From Octopus vulgaris (taxonomy: Eukaryota), in assembly GCA_951406725.2 (NCBI GenBank), contig OX597837.1:44330001-44394000 (forward strand): DNA of 64,000 nucleotides, read 5' to 3'. This document shows positions 18,973-32,199 of the stretch, piece by piece (position 1 is the stretch's first letter; every line of letters begins with the position of its first letter). The notes beneath the pieces were generated by a model, which was not told the DNA's origin, did not search any database, and saw only the letters and a list, made by a program, of their open reading frames with translations. Both the position numbers and the translations under genes were made by a program.

Positions 18973-19205
18973 AGGCGGCGAGCTGGTAGAATCGTTAGCA
19001 CGCTGGGCGAAATGCTTATCGGTATTTCGTCTGCCGCTACGTTCTGAGTTCAAATTCCGCCGAGGTCGATTTTGCCTTTCATTCTATCGGTGTCGATTAA
19101 ATAAGTACCAGCTACGCACTGTGGGTCGATGTAATCGTTGTAATCCGTTTGTCTGTCCTTCTTTGTCCCCTCTGTGTTTAGCCCCATGTGGGCAATAAAG
19201 AAATA
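18973..19205 (+). mobile_element. Full-length SINE A with 18-bp TSD
   Basis: AAGAAATCTTGAAATAAA at 18952-18969 and 19205-19222. Confidence 0.93.
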
Positions 19206-19652
19206 AGAAATCTTGAAATAAACTGAATAATGACATACATAAGGGTTCAGCTGCCCATTGATGTGAAAATTTAAGGGAAAGAGAACAACTATGGACAACT
19301 GCTTCGAAACTTCCAGTTTCTATATCCAGATTTACATTCATACCAATACATAAATTACATTCACACCAATAATAATTGGTGTACTTGGTTTTGTAAGTAA
19401 ATTGCTAAGTGACGGTTAGGTTAAGTAGGGCTTTCAGAAAAAGAAATCAACCAAAAAACTTGCACTCGTACAAATACAAATAAACCCGTTCAAATATAAA
19501 CTGCAAGTCAGACAGTAAAAATATGCAACATTTCTCTCAAGTTAAAAATCTGACATTATTTACGTTCTCTACATTCCGGCAACGGAAATTTTAATTTTTG
19601 TATATGTATATACACACATATATATGTGAGTGTTTATGCATATATACATACA

Positions 19653-19692
<40 letters not shown>

Positions 19693-19933
19693 GGAGGAGC
19701 TTTGACAAGGCTACCAATTATTTCATGTAAAGAGAGATCTCTTAACAATTTTCAAGCCTGTGATTTCTATGGCTTGTTTTGAGTCTATGTTCGTGTTTAA
19801 TGCGTTGTTAAGCCATATCGGTAGACTATTTAGCCTACAAATAAACAATATTTATCCACCAATGGTATGTTGAACACACATATTTATTGTTCAATATATA
19901 CATACATACTCACATAAATCTATATATACATGC

Positions 19934-19987
<54 letters not shown>

Positions 19988-20522
19988 TCACACAGACACA
20001 TAGATATACGCGTGTCCATACATTTTTATGCGCATATTGATTATGTATGTAAAGCTCTGTTGTGTATAAGTATCGAAAAGAGGATCAAATGTCCTTTCCC
20101 GAGGCGTAAGTTCATAAAGCCGGTTTCCCGGATTCTGTAGCGTAAATAAATATTCCTCTGGGCGAGATGCTGGTCCGTTGCAGAATTGCTCATGTTACAA
20201 AGCTGAGTGGACTGGAGGAACGTAAAATAAAGTGTTTTGCTCAAGAATAACGCACTGCCTAGTACAGGAAACGAAACCACAATCATACGATCATGACTAA
20301 CCACTTTGCCATGCGCCCTCACGCATGTCTGCACCCCCCCAAACATTGTATTACATTTAATGACGATGGCGTGAGACAGTATGTAAGTTAGTGTAGCCAT
20401 TAGAATTCTTTTTCCTCTTTGATTTAAATCGTCATATGCATTTACTTCCTTTCCTGGCCAAAAGAATTTGGGTGGTACTTGTTCTCTCTGAGGTGTGGCG
20501 AACGAACCGTGACAAATTTTCC

Positions 20523-20695
20523 TAGGCGCAGGCGTAGCTATGTGGTAAGAAGCTTGTTTCCTAACCACATGGTTCCGGGTTCGGTCCCACTGCGTGACAC
20601 CTTGGGCAACTATATCCTACTATAACCTTGACCAAAGCCTTGTGATTGGATTTGGTAGACGGAAACTGGAAGAAGCTCGTCGCATATATATACAT
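20523..20695 (+). mobile_element. SINE family B 5' half
   Basis: GGCGCAGGCGTAGCTATGTGG head; GGGTTCGGTCCC B-box. Confidence 0.88.
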
Positions 20696-20697
20696 AC

Positions 20698-20750
<53 letters not shown>

Positions 20751-21549
20751 TATATACATACACACATATATATACATATATATATATACATACACACACG
20801 TAAATGTCAAACAATGAAAATAAATGCTTAACACCCTATCGGTGGATAAAACTTCTTTATTTGTGTATTGAGGCTACCATTGGTTTCATGTTAAGAAAAA
20901 TACCTTAATATCTTAAAAAATTTTCAAGCCAAGCACATGGAGGAATGATGTTCGTCTCCACTTTGGGATAAAAACACAAAGTCTCGCTGAATTCGCGGAG
21001 ATTTTCGTAATTACATATATATAACAAGAGGTTAGAAGAATTAATAAATCCAGGTAGATATCTAAAAAATACTCTGTATTAAGCGAACTTGGTTAACTAT
21101 TTCAGACAATCAGATACTAATAAATTCAAATATAATTAACATTCAAGGTATTTCGTCATGAATGACAAGCAGGTACAAATATTATTGAGAAGAATTTCGA
21201 GAAACCCGGAATAATATGGACAAGACTGAGCAAAAATGGAGTAAATCACATCTTTAGTTGATGGTTATACATTACTATACATTACGGATGATATTTTCTA
21301 TCATGTCGATATATTTAGATGTAGAAAAACGGTACAAGGTACAATTGAAACCAATATATCAGGAAATTCATCTTAATATAATGTTATCAAGGTAACCCAA
21401 AACGGGTTAAATTCAAAGTTAACTCAGATAATATCTGTAATACATGAACGCACTGAAAAAAGATTAAGAAGAAATATAATATTCTAAAAAATGAAACTAG
21501 TAGTAGATAATGAAAGACAAAAAAAAAAGCAAAAAAAAACAAAACAAAA

Positions 21550-21945
21550 GAGGAGTGGCTGTGTGGTAAGTAGCTTGCTAACCAGCCACATGGTTCCGGG
21601 TTCAGTCCCACTGCGTGGAATCTTGGGCAAGTGTCTTCTACTATAGCCTCGGGCCGACCAATGCCTTGTGAGTGGATTTGGTAGACGGAAACTGAAAGAA
21701 GCCTGTCGTATATATGTATATATATATATATATATGTATGTGTGTATGTTTGTGTGTCTGTGTCTGTCCCCCTAGCATTGCTTGACAACCGATGCTGGTG
21801 TGTTTACGTCCCCATCACTTAACGGTTCGGCAAAAAGAGACCGATAGAATAAGTACTGGGCTTACAAAGAATAAGTCCAGGGGTCGATTTGCTCGACTAA
21901 AGGCGGTGCTCCAGCATGGCCGCAGTCAAATGACTGAAACAAGCA
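21550..21945 (+). mobile_element. SINE family B
   Basis: Near full-length homology to 39319-39752. Confidence 0.92.
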
Positions 21946-22681
21946 AAAAAAAAAAAAAGAAAAAAAGAAAGAACGCAATTATAATAAAGGTGTTATTGGC
22001 TATTGAAATACTCAAATGTTTTTCTATATTTGTGGGAACATTTTAATGTAAGATTGTTTCTGAAATTCAAGAATTCTAATTTTGAAGTAATTATATAATA
22101 CATTTTCTCAAGGCTAAGATCACATTTAAAATTAGCAGTATTTTATTATGGAGCGTAACTAATAATGGACCACTTTACATCGTAGTTCATGCTCCTATCT
22201 TTCAAATTTCAAACGCATTGGCAGCCACAGCGACCCACACATACATACACATACAAAGATATAAAGACAGGCAGTATGAATACGGAGAAATGGAAGCTTT
22301 CAATACAGAAGTATAATGATTTATACTGTATAAGTTAGAAGCTGAAATCTGTTGAAGCTGTCACTCCATGTTCTTGTGTCTCTGATTTTTAAACATACAT
22401 ATGTATATATGTATATATGTATGTGTATATATGTGTAGGTGTGTGTTTGTTTGCCCTCCCCACTCGGAACCATGTGGTTGGGAAGCAAGCTTCTTATGAT
22501 CATGACGGGATTCCACTGAGTGTCAGTCAATGAAATTCTGTCAATCAAATTCAGTCAATCAAATTCTTCTACTATAGTTCAAGGCCAACCGATGCCTAAT
22601 GAATGAATTTAGGAAACGAAAACTGTGTGGAAGCCCATCATTTCCCCCCGCTTAGTGTTAATCAGAGTGTACAATATAAAG

Positions 22682-23411
22682 TAGGGGTCCCAACCATTTT
22701 TTAAAATCTTTGGAACCCTTTAATTACTATTTTATTCTGGTGAATCCCATGGCAATTTGATGTTGAAAAAAAAAATCATATTTTGTTGTTTTCCACCCAT
22801 TAACTTGTGTAGGTTGAACTATATAAAGTGTTACTCTTTTACTTGTTTCAGTCATTTGACTGCGGCCATGCTGGAGCACCGCCTTTAGTCGAGCAAATCG
22901 ACCCCGGGACTTATTCTTTGGAAGCCTAGTACTTATTCTATAGGTCCATTTTGTCGAACTGCTAAGTAACGGTGACGTAAACACACCAGCATCGGTTGTC
23001 AAGCAATGCTAGGGGGACAAACACAGACACACAAACACACACACACATACATACATATATATATACATATATCCGACAGGCTTCTTTCAATTTCCGTCTA
23101 CCAAATCCACTCACAAGGCATTGGTCGGCCCGGGGCTATAGCAGAAGACACTTGCCCAAGATGCCACGCGGTGGGACTGAACCCGGAACCATGTGGTTGG
23201 TTAGCAAGCTACTTACCACACAGCCATAGAGAAAGTAACTTAGCTGTTTCTTGTAATACATACCAATACAGTAATCTAAAACAAAAATATTTTCAGGGAC
23301 CCTTAAAATACAAGTGTGACCCCCCCCCCATTTACTATTTTGCTACGTGGATTCCATAAAATCTCATTTGGACCCTCAAGGGTCATATAGACCCCCGGTT
23401 AAGAATCACTG
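22682..23411. mobile_element. hAT-like MITE remnant containing a SINE B (22832-23226, -)
   Basis: Imperfect ends TAGGGGTCCCAACC and GGTTAAGAATCACTG; nested SINE. Confidence 0.5.
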
Positions 23412-23520
23412 ATGTAAACGGAACTGTTTATAATATAAATATAATATACATGCATCCCTCAGCTTACGTCGGAAGTTTCAAGTTATGCGACTTAATTCGA
23501 AAAACGACGTCACGCGAAAA

Positions 23521-23905
23521 TCTCTCTCTATATAAACGGCAGTTTGTCTGTGCGTGTTTCTGTGTGTCTGTTTTCTCGTACCCTCACTCTGACCACGGCT
23601 TTTAACCGATTCTGATGAAACTTGACACACACATAGCCCAATGTCATAATTCAAAACTAACGCAGCGAAAATTTTGAAAAGTTCCCCCAGTTCTGAAAAA
23701 AATCGATAAATTCGACATGGGGTCGAGAATGAGAAACCCAAACCACAGACCGTCTAGGGGACGCAACTCCACCTGTTTTAACTCTCAAAAAAAATTTACC
23801 ATAATTTTTTTTCCATTTTTTTGCTATTTTTGGGCTATAACTCTCTAAAAATGCTTTATAGTTATTTCCCTTACAAACCTGAGCAACGCCGGGCGATACT
23901 GCTAG
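23521..23905 (+). mobile_element. Non-autonomous Helitron-like element
   Basis: A|TC...CTAG|T insertion; subterminal hairpin CCTGAGCAACGCCGGG. Confidence 0.78.
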
Positions 23906-24129
23906 TCCATTATAAAATAAATCTATTCATTTTTATGTGTTTTTTTTTAATGAATAGTTTATAAATATTTTCACGTGTGTTTTATTGGATTTTTCACTTC
24001 AGTATTGGCTTTCAGGTATGTTGTTCCTTCGTTTTAAACTTTGATATCGACGGGAAGTAAGACAAATCGATTAAAAAAGAAAAAAACAAAAAGACAAAAA
24101 GAGAAAACATGACCTTAAGTAAAAAACAA

Positions 24130-24291
24130 AGTGCAGGTGTGGCTGCATGGCAAGAAGCTTGCTTATGAACCACAGGGTTCCGGGTTCAGTCCACTGCGTG
24201 GCACCTTGGGCAAGTGTCTTTTACTACAGCCTATGGCCTACTAAAGCCTTCGGAGTGGATTTGGAAAACGGAAACTAAAAGAAGCACATAC

Positions 24292-24353
<62 letters not shown>

Positions 24354-24398
24354 GTGTGTGTGTATGTATGATATATATATATCATAAATATCATACAC

Positions 24399-24441
<43 letters not shown>

Positions 24442-24466
24442 TATAGTATATATATATCATATATAC

Positions 24467-24501
<35 letters not shown>

Positions 24502-24690
24502 GTGTGATTGTGTCTGTGTTTGTACCTCTGCCACCACTTGACAACCAGTGGGTTTACGTCTCGTGACCTAGCGGTTCGGCAAAAAAGACCGATAGATTAA
24601 GTATCAGGTTTTATATAGAAGAAAAAAAAAAGTCCGGGGATCGTTTCATTCGACTAAAACCCTTCAAGTCGTGGTGTCCCAGAATGTTAA
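24130..24690 (+). mobile_element. SINE family B with expanded internal (TA)n
   Basis: Both halves match family B. Confidence 0.85.
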
Positions 24691-24806
24691 CAAATTAACA
24701 AACGAAGCATCAATTCGAAACGACGTAATTAACTGTAGGACTGTTTTAGGGTTATAACAAAGTCAAAGAAAAGGGGAGACTACTTCCACTTTTCCTAAAC
24801 AACAAC

Positions 24807-24839
<33 letters not shown>

Positions 24840-24969
24840 TTTATTTGGAAAGTCAATTCGTCAGAATGACTTGTCGTTTCTAGTTTCGTTTCCTGACGGA
24901 GATCGTCGGAATACAATGCGCTGTTGTCATAAAGAAAACAGTTAACATGTTTTATGTATTTCGTTTCGG

Positions 24970-24970
24970 T

Positions 24971-25020
<50 letters not shown>

Positions 25021-25258
25021 TTACTGCTGCTGCTGCTGCTGCTGCTGCTACTACTACTACTACTACTGCTGTTGCTGCTACTACTACTACTACTACCACC
25101 ACCACCATCACCACCACCACTACTAGTATTACTACCACCACCATCACCACTACTACTACTACTATCACCACCACCACCACCAACACACACTACCACCACT
25201 ACTACTACTACTACTACCACAAACAGCACCATCACTACTACTACTGCTGCAGCTGCTG

Positions 25259-25302
<44 letters not shown>

Positions 25303-25303
25303 G
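24970..25303. repeat. (CTA)n/(CTG)n/(CCA)n trinucleotide tract
   Basis: Direct reading. Confidence 0.95.
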
Positions 25304-25883
25304 CGCGTTGAAGTTATTTTAAACAAATTTGAAGAATATCCGTGTGACTGTCTGTCTGTCTACCTGTCTGTCTGTTTATCTATACATCCGTGTATATAAA
25401 CATACAAACATATGTATGACTATTGTTAATAACCATGCATACATATATGATGATGATGATGATGGAGAGTCACGTGTGACTTCTCAGTAACTCAGTAATA
25501 GACACACACATACACACACACACGGCGATGAGTTGTCACTGATCATTCTGTACGAAATTTATTTAAAGCAACAGTAAACTCGTGTAGATTCTGCTGTGGA
25601 GGACTCTTTCCTCGTAAAAGTGTAACCCGAAACGGGTCACAGTCTGTCAAATTCAAAAAAACATATGTTCAGGAAGGTTCGGCTGGGAAAAACCGCGAAC
25701 AAATCGATGGTGACCTCCTTCAACGTCGTCATTCGCAACACCTGTGAGGTTCACCTGGTCGATGTTTCTTTACACGTCTAAGCGGATTGCAGACGTATCT
25801 GGAACACGTAACATATTCTTTTATTTTTTAAAAAAACATTTCAGCTCTAAGGCTGTGGCCATGCTGCAGCACCGCCAGTGTAA

Positions 25884-26115
25884 TCACCTTTTCAATCTTA
25901 TGTGATTGGGCTTATTATGATTGGCTTTTGGTGAAGGAGCGAGTTCGATACAACTTGCCCCCTTTTGAGTTTCCTGCCGTAATATAGGCTCCTCTGGGAC
26001 CTTCGATAGCAGGGGATCAAATTGTTTCTTGAATTCATCTACCCCTACTCCATGATATGTAGCAACAATGTGATGCAAGAAAATCCACTCGTGGCCATGG
26101 TTGAAACTCTTCAGC
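25884..26115 (-). pseudogene. LINE (CR1/L2-like) ORF2 3' fragment
   Basis: GVGVDEFKKQFDPLLSKVPEEP resembles the FK..LD.FL..IPD.P terminus of these LINEs. Confidence 0.6.
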
Positions 26116-26205
26116 AAGTTTATTCTCCTTTGCTTGCATTTATCACTAAATAATCGGTGACTATGCTGTCTTCATCAGTCTTGCAGACGGGCCTGATGTT
26201 TTTTC

Positions 26206-26247
<42 letters not shown>

Positions 26248-26511
26248 ATGGTATTATTAAAATACCATCACAAGAAGTAAGCGAATTATTAGCCGTACAG
26301 GCAAATTAATAAAACATATACATACAATATTAGATATGTACATATATACAGAAGGGTACTACATGAGTACCTATATCGCTAATTATAGAAGTCAAAAAAT
26401 ACTTCTGTACCACCGAATAGTCACACATCTACTACAGACAAGATAGGAAAAAATATCAGTGAACAATAATAATGTCTTACCTCAAATGGGTCAGAACAAG
26501 TAACTGCTGGT

Positions 26512-26576
26512 CAACTCGGTACCGGTTTCGAAATTTAGCGCCACCCAGACGCGTGATTTCTCATCAGCCAAAGTCT
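26512..26576 (-). ncRNA. Type I hammerhead ribozyme motif
   Basis: Reverse complement: GACTTTGG-CTGATGA-GAAAT..GCGTC/GGCGC..ATTTC-GAAA-C-CG-GTA-CCGAGTT; palindromic ACCGGT stem III, GUA cleavage site. Confidence 0.78.
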
Positions 26577-26875
26577 GCCAGCTAAATAACTACTAACATC
26601 CCCCCCCCATCATGCCTGCGAAAGTTCGTTTGAAGTGAACAAGCACCGTACGAAGTCAAAAAATACTTATATATATATATATATATATATATATAGATAG
26701 ATAGATAGATATATATATATACGGGTGTGTGTGATTGTGTATAGAAGAATATATTAATAAAAGGAATTCCAACCGTGTCTGATTTTCACGTTTTATTTAC
26801 AATCTTATAATGATATAATATAATATAATATAATAAAATAAAATAAAATAATAGAATGTTAAATGTTCATTCTGA

Positions 26876-26922
26876 TTCAACTAGTACTTTCATGCATTAA
26901 ATTCTGCAATCTTCAGGTTCAT
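26876..26922 (-). ncRNA. Type I minimal hammerhead ribozyme motif
   Basis: Reverse complement: AAC-CTGAAGA-T-TGCA-GAATTTAA-TGCA-T-GAAA-GTAC-TA-GTT; palindromic AGTACT stem III; stem I only 3 bp. Confidence 0.6.
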
Positions 26923-26958
26923 GTAGTAGTGGTGACAGTCATGCTTCACAATTTTTGA

Positions 26959-27016
<58 letters not shown>

Positions 27017-27252
27017 TTATCGAGAAAAACAACATGTTTTTAATCTCTGACCGAGAGAAATACAGCAACAGTGCCGGATAGTAATGTTTATATGCCAACA
27101 GAATGTGGCAGTCCTTTAAAGGACGATGCTACTGTTGTTTTAGCCCCAGAAAAACATCATTTCCTGCTGGCTAATGACACACGTAATATTGGTATATAAA
27201 CAATACCATCCGGAACGGTTACTGTATTTCTCTCGATATATATGCTGTCGTT

Positions 27253-27328
<76 letters not shown>

Positions 27329-27725
27329 GCTGTTAAGAGTAGATATTAGATCTTGACCTTAGCCACATACACACGTAAGTCATCTCTGGTCGTCTACCGC
27401 ATTTTATCGATCTATCGACCCATCAGTCTGTTTCTCTAAATGATTGTCAACAAGACAATAAGGTCAAATCGAACAACTGTATTTCCTTCCTTAGAATCTT
27501 TTCTTTTCATCTTTTCTTCCCTTTTACAGACACCCCCTCATACATATATATATATACTGCACACAGGAGATTATATATGTAAGCATGAATATTTGTTTAT
27601 ATCTTTATATATATATGCATGTGTATACGTGTATAATGTTTTCAGAAAAGAAATGAACTGGCTAATTCGCACATTACTAATATAATCTGTAAGTAGAACA
27701 GTATGGACTTTGTTTTTGTCATATG

Positions 27726-28218
27726 CAGTGATCCCTCGCTATTTCGCGGTTCAACTATCGCGGATTCACGACTTCGCGGATTTTAAATATATATATGAAC
27801 GCCTAAAATGTTTCATTAAATCCATTCAAATATTAATAATAAATATTATTTCCTAGTCTAGGAACAACAAAACAAGCGTAAAGTAGCAAAAAAGCATATA
27901 CAGGGGTATTTGAACTTAAGACGGGCTGTGATTGGTGCAATGGAGAGAGACAACGAATCACAGCTTTCTATTTTGTAATCTGGCCTGTGTAACAGCAAGA
28001 ATCTTTATTTTTAAAAATATAAAGTGTTATTGCTTAACAGTTGTCCTTGTTATTAATAGACTACTGTAATGGGTGGGTTGTTGACAGTACAGGGAGGGTT
28101 TTAAAAGTCCAAATACACGTTAAATAAATACTGTAAATATGGTGTCCCTACCTCGCGGAGATTCACTTATCGCGGTCGGTCTCGGAATCAATCTACCGCG
28201 ATAAACGAGGGATCACTG
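27726..28218. mobile_element. Tigger/pogo-like MITE
   Basis: TIRs CAGTGATCCCTCG...CGAGGGATCACTG, flanked by TG and TA. Confidence 0.85.
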
Positions 28219-28302
28219 TACATTTCAACGATGGAACTTTGTATCTATGCTGGAAGCCACCTCCTTCAGAGAAAGGATCCAAATATTTAAAAACAGAAGA
28301 GA

Positions 28303-28341
<39 letters not shown>

Positions 28342-28795
28342 TGACCTGAGTGAAATACTTCAGAATGGTCAATAGATTTGATTTGGACAATCAATACAAG
28401 ATAAATTTTTGATCTAATAAATGACATGTGACAAGATATATTGTGGAAGGATTTTAATATTCTTGTAAGATCTTTACACGTGTTTCAGTGATTCTTACAC
28501 ATTAATACGCAATCCCATTTGCACACAACCGTTACAAGTACCTCATTTCGTCAGAACTATTTCAAGTAAATGCCTGTATTACATTTGTAGGAGTGATGTC
28601 CTCGTACAGGTTGCGTCATGAAATTTTACGCACCCTCTATGTATTTGTTGTTGAAACAATCCCCAAAAATCTTCTAAATGAATCATTCCACAATTTATTC
28701 TCTTGCCAGAGTTTTTGGTCATAAAGCCATCGAGAGATGTCAATGTCAATATCGTTTCGTTCACGCAGTGATAAGAATGGATTATATTATGTGTG

Positions 28796-28885
<90 letters not shown>

Positions 28886-29113
28886 TGTATGTATGTATTT
28901 ATGTAAGTACATTACACACAACTTCCCGCAGTTTCGGTGTATCGAATTTACTCTCGAAGCATTGCCCAGTTCGGGTTTACAACAAAGACACTTGTTGAAA
29001 ATGTCACAGTGGGACGAAACTGTAAACCACAGGCCTAAATATATGTGTGTGTGTGTGTATATATATATATATGCGTACATACATATATAAACATACATAC
29101 ATATATGTATATG

Positions 29114-29253
<140 letters not shown>

Positions 29254-29594
29254 CATATACACACATACATCTGTATATATATTATATATATATACATATG
29301 TATATTGTATATATAAATATATACAATATACATATATACCTTTCTTTCCTTCCCTGTGTGTCTGCTAATACTTTGCATGTACCAAGTCCTGGCGTTGTTT
29401 TTTCGTGTTTTTTTATTTACATATATATATGAATATATATGCTGACATACACACACATATACATACATGTATTTATGTATATATATGTGTGTGTGTGTAT
29501 ATGTGTGTCTATATGAAAAATAGATTATACAAATGGGATATGCTAGAGTCGTAAGTGTATACACACCATTTGTCTACAAACGGGATATATTCAC

Positions 29595-29824
29595 CGTGAC
29601 AAAGCGCAGTAAATAGCTTGCTCCCCAGTTCGAACCCTCATCAAGCATATTCGGACTGATAATATCATTACTATGTAATCTTTATCTTCACACTGTTCAC
29701 GTGTGATTTTTATCGAAGCCGTTGAAATTCCCAGAAAAATCTTCCTTTTCACTTTTTCTACTTTAGACGGAACGATCTCTGCGATCTTTGAATGCTTCTT
29801 TGTTTTATCTGGTATCGTTTCCGC
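29595..29824 (-). other. Candidate exon, unidentified
   Basis: Acceptor TTTACTCTTTTCAAACACAG, donor ACG|GTGAAT; one frame open throughout (AETIPDKTKK...AIYCALS); no recognisable family. Confidence 0.25.
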
Positions 29825-29982
29825 CTGTGTTTGAAAAGAGTAAACTTTATACTTTAATTATTCATTATTCTGTTTCTTTTGATATCTGTAAATGTAGATA
29901 ATATATACATTGAATACTTGATGTTTATCGTCTTTTTATAATTCATAGATCGCTGGGGTTGGTAGAAACGTTCTATATTGAT

Positions 29983-31218
29983 GACGGTGAGCTGGCAGAA
30001 ACGTTAGCATGCCGGGCGAAATGCGTAGCCGTATTTCGTCTGCCGCTACGTTCTGAGTTCAAGTTCCGCCGAGGTCGACTTTGTCTTTCATCCTTTCGGG
30101 GTCGATTAAATAAGTACCAGTTACGCACTGGGGGTCGATATAATCGACTTAATCCGTCTGTCTGTCTTTGTTTGTCCTCTCTATGTTTAGCCCCTTGTGG
30201 GTAGTAAAGAAATAGAAATAGGTATTTCGTCTACCGCTACGTTCCGAGTTCAAATTCCGCCGAGGTCGACTTTGCCTTTCATCCTTTCGGGGTCGATAAA
30301 CTAAGTACCAGTTACGCACAGGGGGTCGATATAATCGACTGAATCCGTTTGTCTGTCTTTGTTTGTCCTCTCTATGTTTAGCCCCTTGTGGGTAGTAAAG
30401 AAATAGAAATAGGTATTTCGTCTACCGCTACGTTCCGAGTTCAAATTCCGCCGAGGTCGACTTTGCCTTTCATCCTTTCGGGGTCGATAAACTAAGTACC
30501 AGTTACGCACAGGGGGTCGATATAATCGACTGAATCCGTTTGTCTGTCTTTGTTTGTCCTCTCTATGTTTAGCCCCTTGTGGGTAGTAAAGAAATAGAAA
30601 TAGGTATTTCGTCTGCCGTTACGTTCCGAGTTCAAATTCCGCCGAGGTCGACTTTGCCTTTCATCCTTTCGGGGTCGATAAACTAAGTACCAGTTACGCA
30701 CTGGGGATCGATATAATCGACTTAATCCGTTTGTCTGTCCTTGTTTGTCCTCTCTATGTTTAGCCCCTTGTGGGTAGTAAAGAAATAGAAATAGGTATTT
30801 CGTCTGCCATTACGTTTTGAGTTCAAATTCTGCCGAGGTTGACTTTGCCTTTCATCCTTTCGGGGTCGATAAACTAAGTACCAGTTAGCACAGGGGGTCG
30901 ATATAATCGACTTAATCCGTTTGTCTGTCCTTGTTTGTCCTCTCAATGTGGGTAGTAAAGAAATAGAAATAGGTATTTCGTCTGCCATTACGTTTTGAGT
31001 TCAAATTCTGCCGAGGTTGACTTTGCCTTTCATCCTTTCGGGGTCGATAAACTAAGTACCAGTTACGCACAGGGGGTCGATATAATCGACTTAATCCGTT
31101 TGTCTGTCCTTGTTTGTCCTCTCAATGTGGGTAGTAAAGAAATAGAAATAGGTATTTCGTCTGCCATTACGTTTTGAGTTCAAATTCCGCCGAGGTCGAC
31201 TTTGCCTTTCATCCTTTC
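29983..31218 (+). repeat. Tandem array of SINE A (one headed unit, then head-less units of 191, 191, 191, 178 and 179 bp and a final partial unit)
   Basis: Junction TAGGTATTTC at 30219, 30410, 30601, 30792, 30970 and 31149. Confidence 0.95.
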
Positions 31219-31395
31219 AAACAAATATTATCGAATCTACAAAATCTGATTACAACCAGAATCTGTGTTTTGTTTCGATTCCGTGAGAACCATTCGATTC
31301 TATGAGAATTTAACGCTCAACTTCACAATTAGTTCGTGTGACCAGAGCAATGAGACACAACACTAGCCTCATTATAATACTTTATGTATATTTAA

Positions 31396-31626
31396 TGAAT
31401 GTATGTATGTATGTATGTATGTATGTATGTATGTATGTATGTATGTATGTATGTATGTATGTATGTATGTATGTATGTATGTATGTATGTATGTATGTTT
31501 GTATGTATGTATGAATGTATGTATGTATGTATGTATGTATGTTTGTATGTATGTATGAATGTATGTATGTATGTGTGTGTGTGTGTGTATGAATGTATGT
31601 ATGTATGTATGTATGTATGTATGTAT
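31396..31626. repeat. (TATG)n microsatellite
   Basis: Direct reading. Confidence 0.97.
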
Positions 31627-31740
31627 TTGGTCGGGCCGAGGCTATAGTAGAAGGCACTTGCCCAAGGTGCCACGCAGTGGGACTGAACCCGGGACCATGT
31701 GGTTGGTAAGCAAGCCACTTACCACACAGCCACTCCTACG

Positions 31741-31778
<38 letters not shown>

Positions 31779-31853
31779 TTGTGTAAATATACACAATGCA
31801 TTTTTGTATCAGGTGAGCAAGGCTTTCTTTATGTTTGTGAATTCATGTGTTGA

Positions 31854-31911
<58 letters not shown>

Positions 31912-32199
31912 ATTGACAATGTTGCATACGTATTCACTTTTTACATTTAATTTCTACGTTGAAAAGTTGTTTGCACTTTACTAGCATTTCTTGGAAATTT
32001 CACGACCTGCTTTTGTGATACAACGTCAGCCGTAATGTTCCTTTGTGCTTCGATGAGCTATTTGCGACTCACTGAAAAGTACTCCATTGATCTGTAAATA
32101 TACTACTACTGCTACTACTGCTACTACTGCTACTACTGCTACTGCTGCCGTTACTGCTACTGCTGCTGCAACCGCTACTATCACTTGCTTTCAAATAAT

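Noticed and set aside
23610-23625. CTGATGAAAC inside the Helitron-like element
   Set aside because: No stem II between the core motifs
25590-25645. Hammerhead-like GAAACGGGTC with CTGT/ACAG stem I
   Set aside because: CUGANGA core is absent; at most a decayed relic
28650-28772. Protein-like minus-strand frame DIDISRWLYDQKLWQENKLW...
   Set aside because: Upstream in-frame stop, no start codon and no nearby AG acceptor
29983-31218. CRISPR-like array or repeated MRNWYL... ORFs
   Set aside because: Units are wholly repeated SINE bodies with no unique spacers; the ORFs are antisense SINE readings
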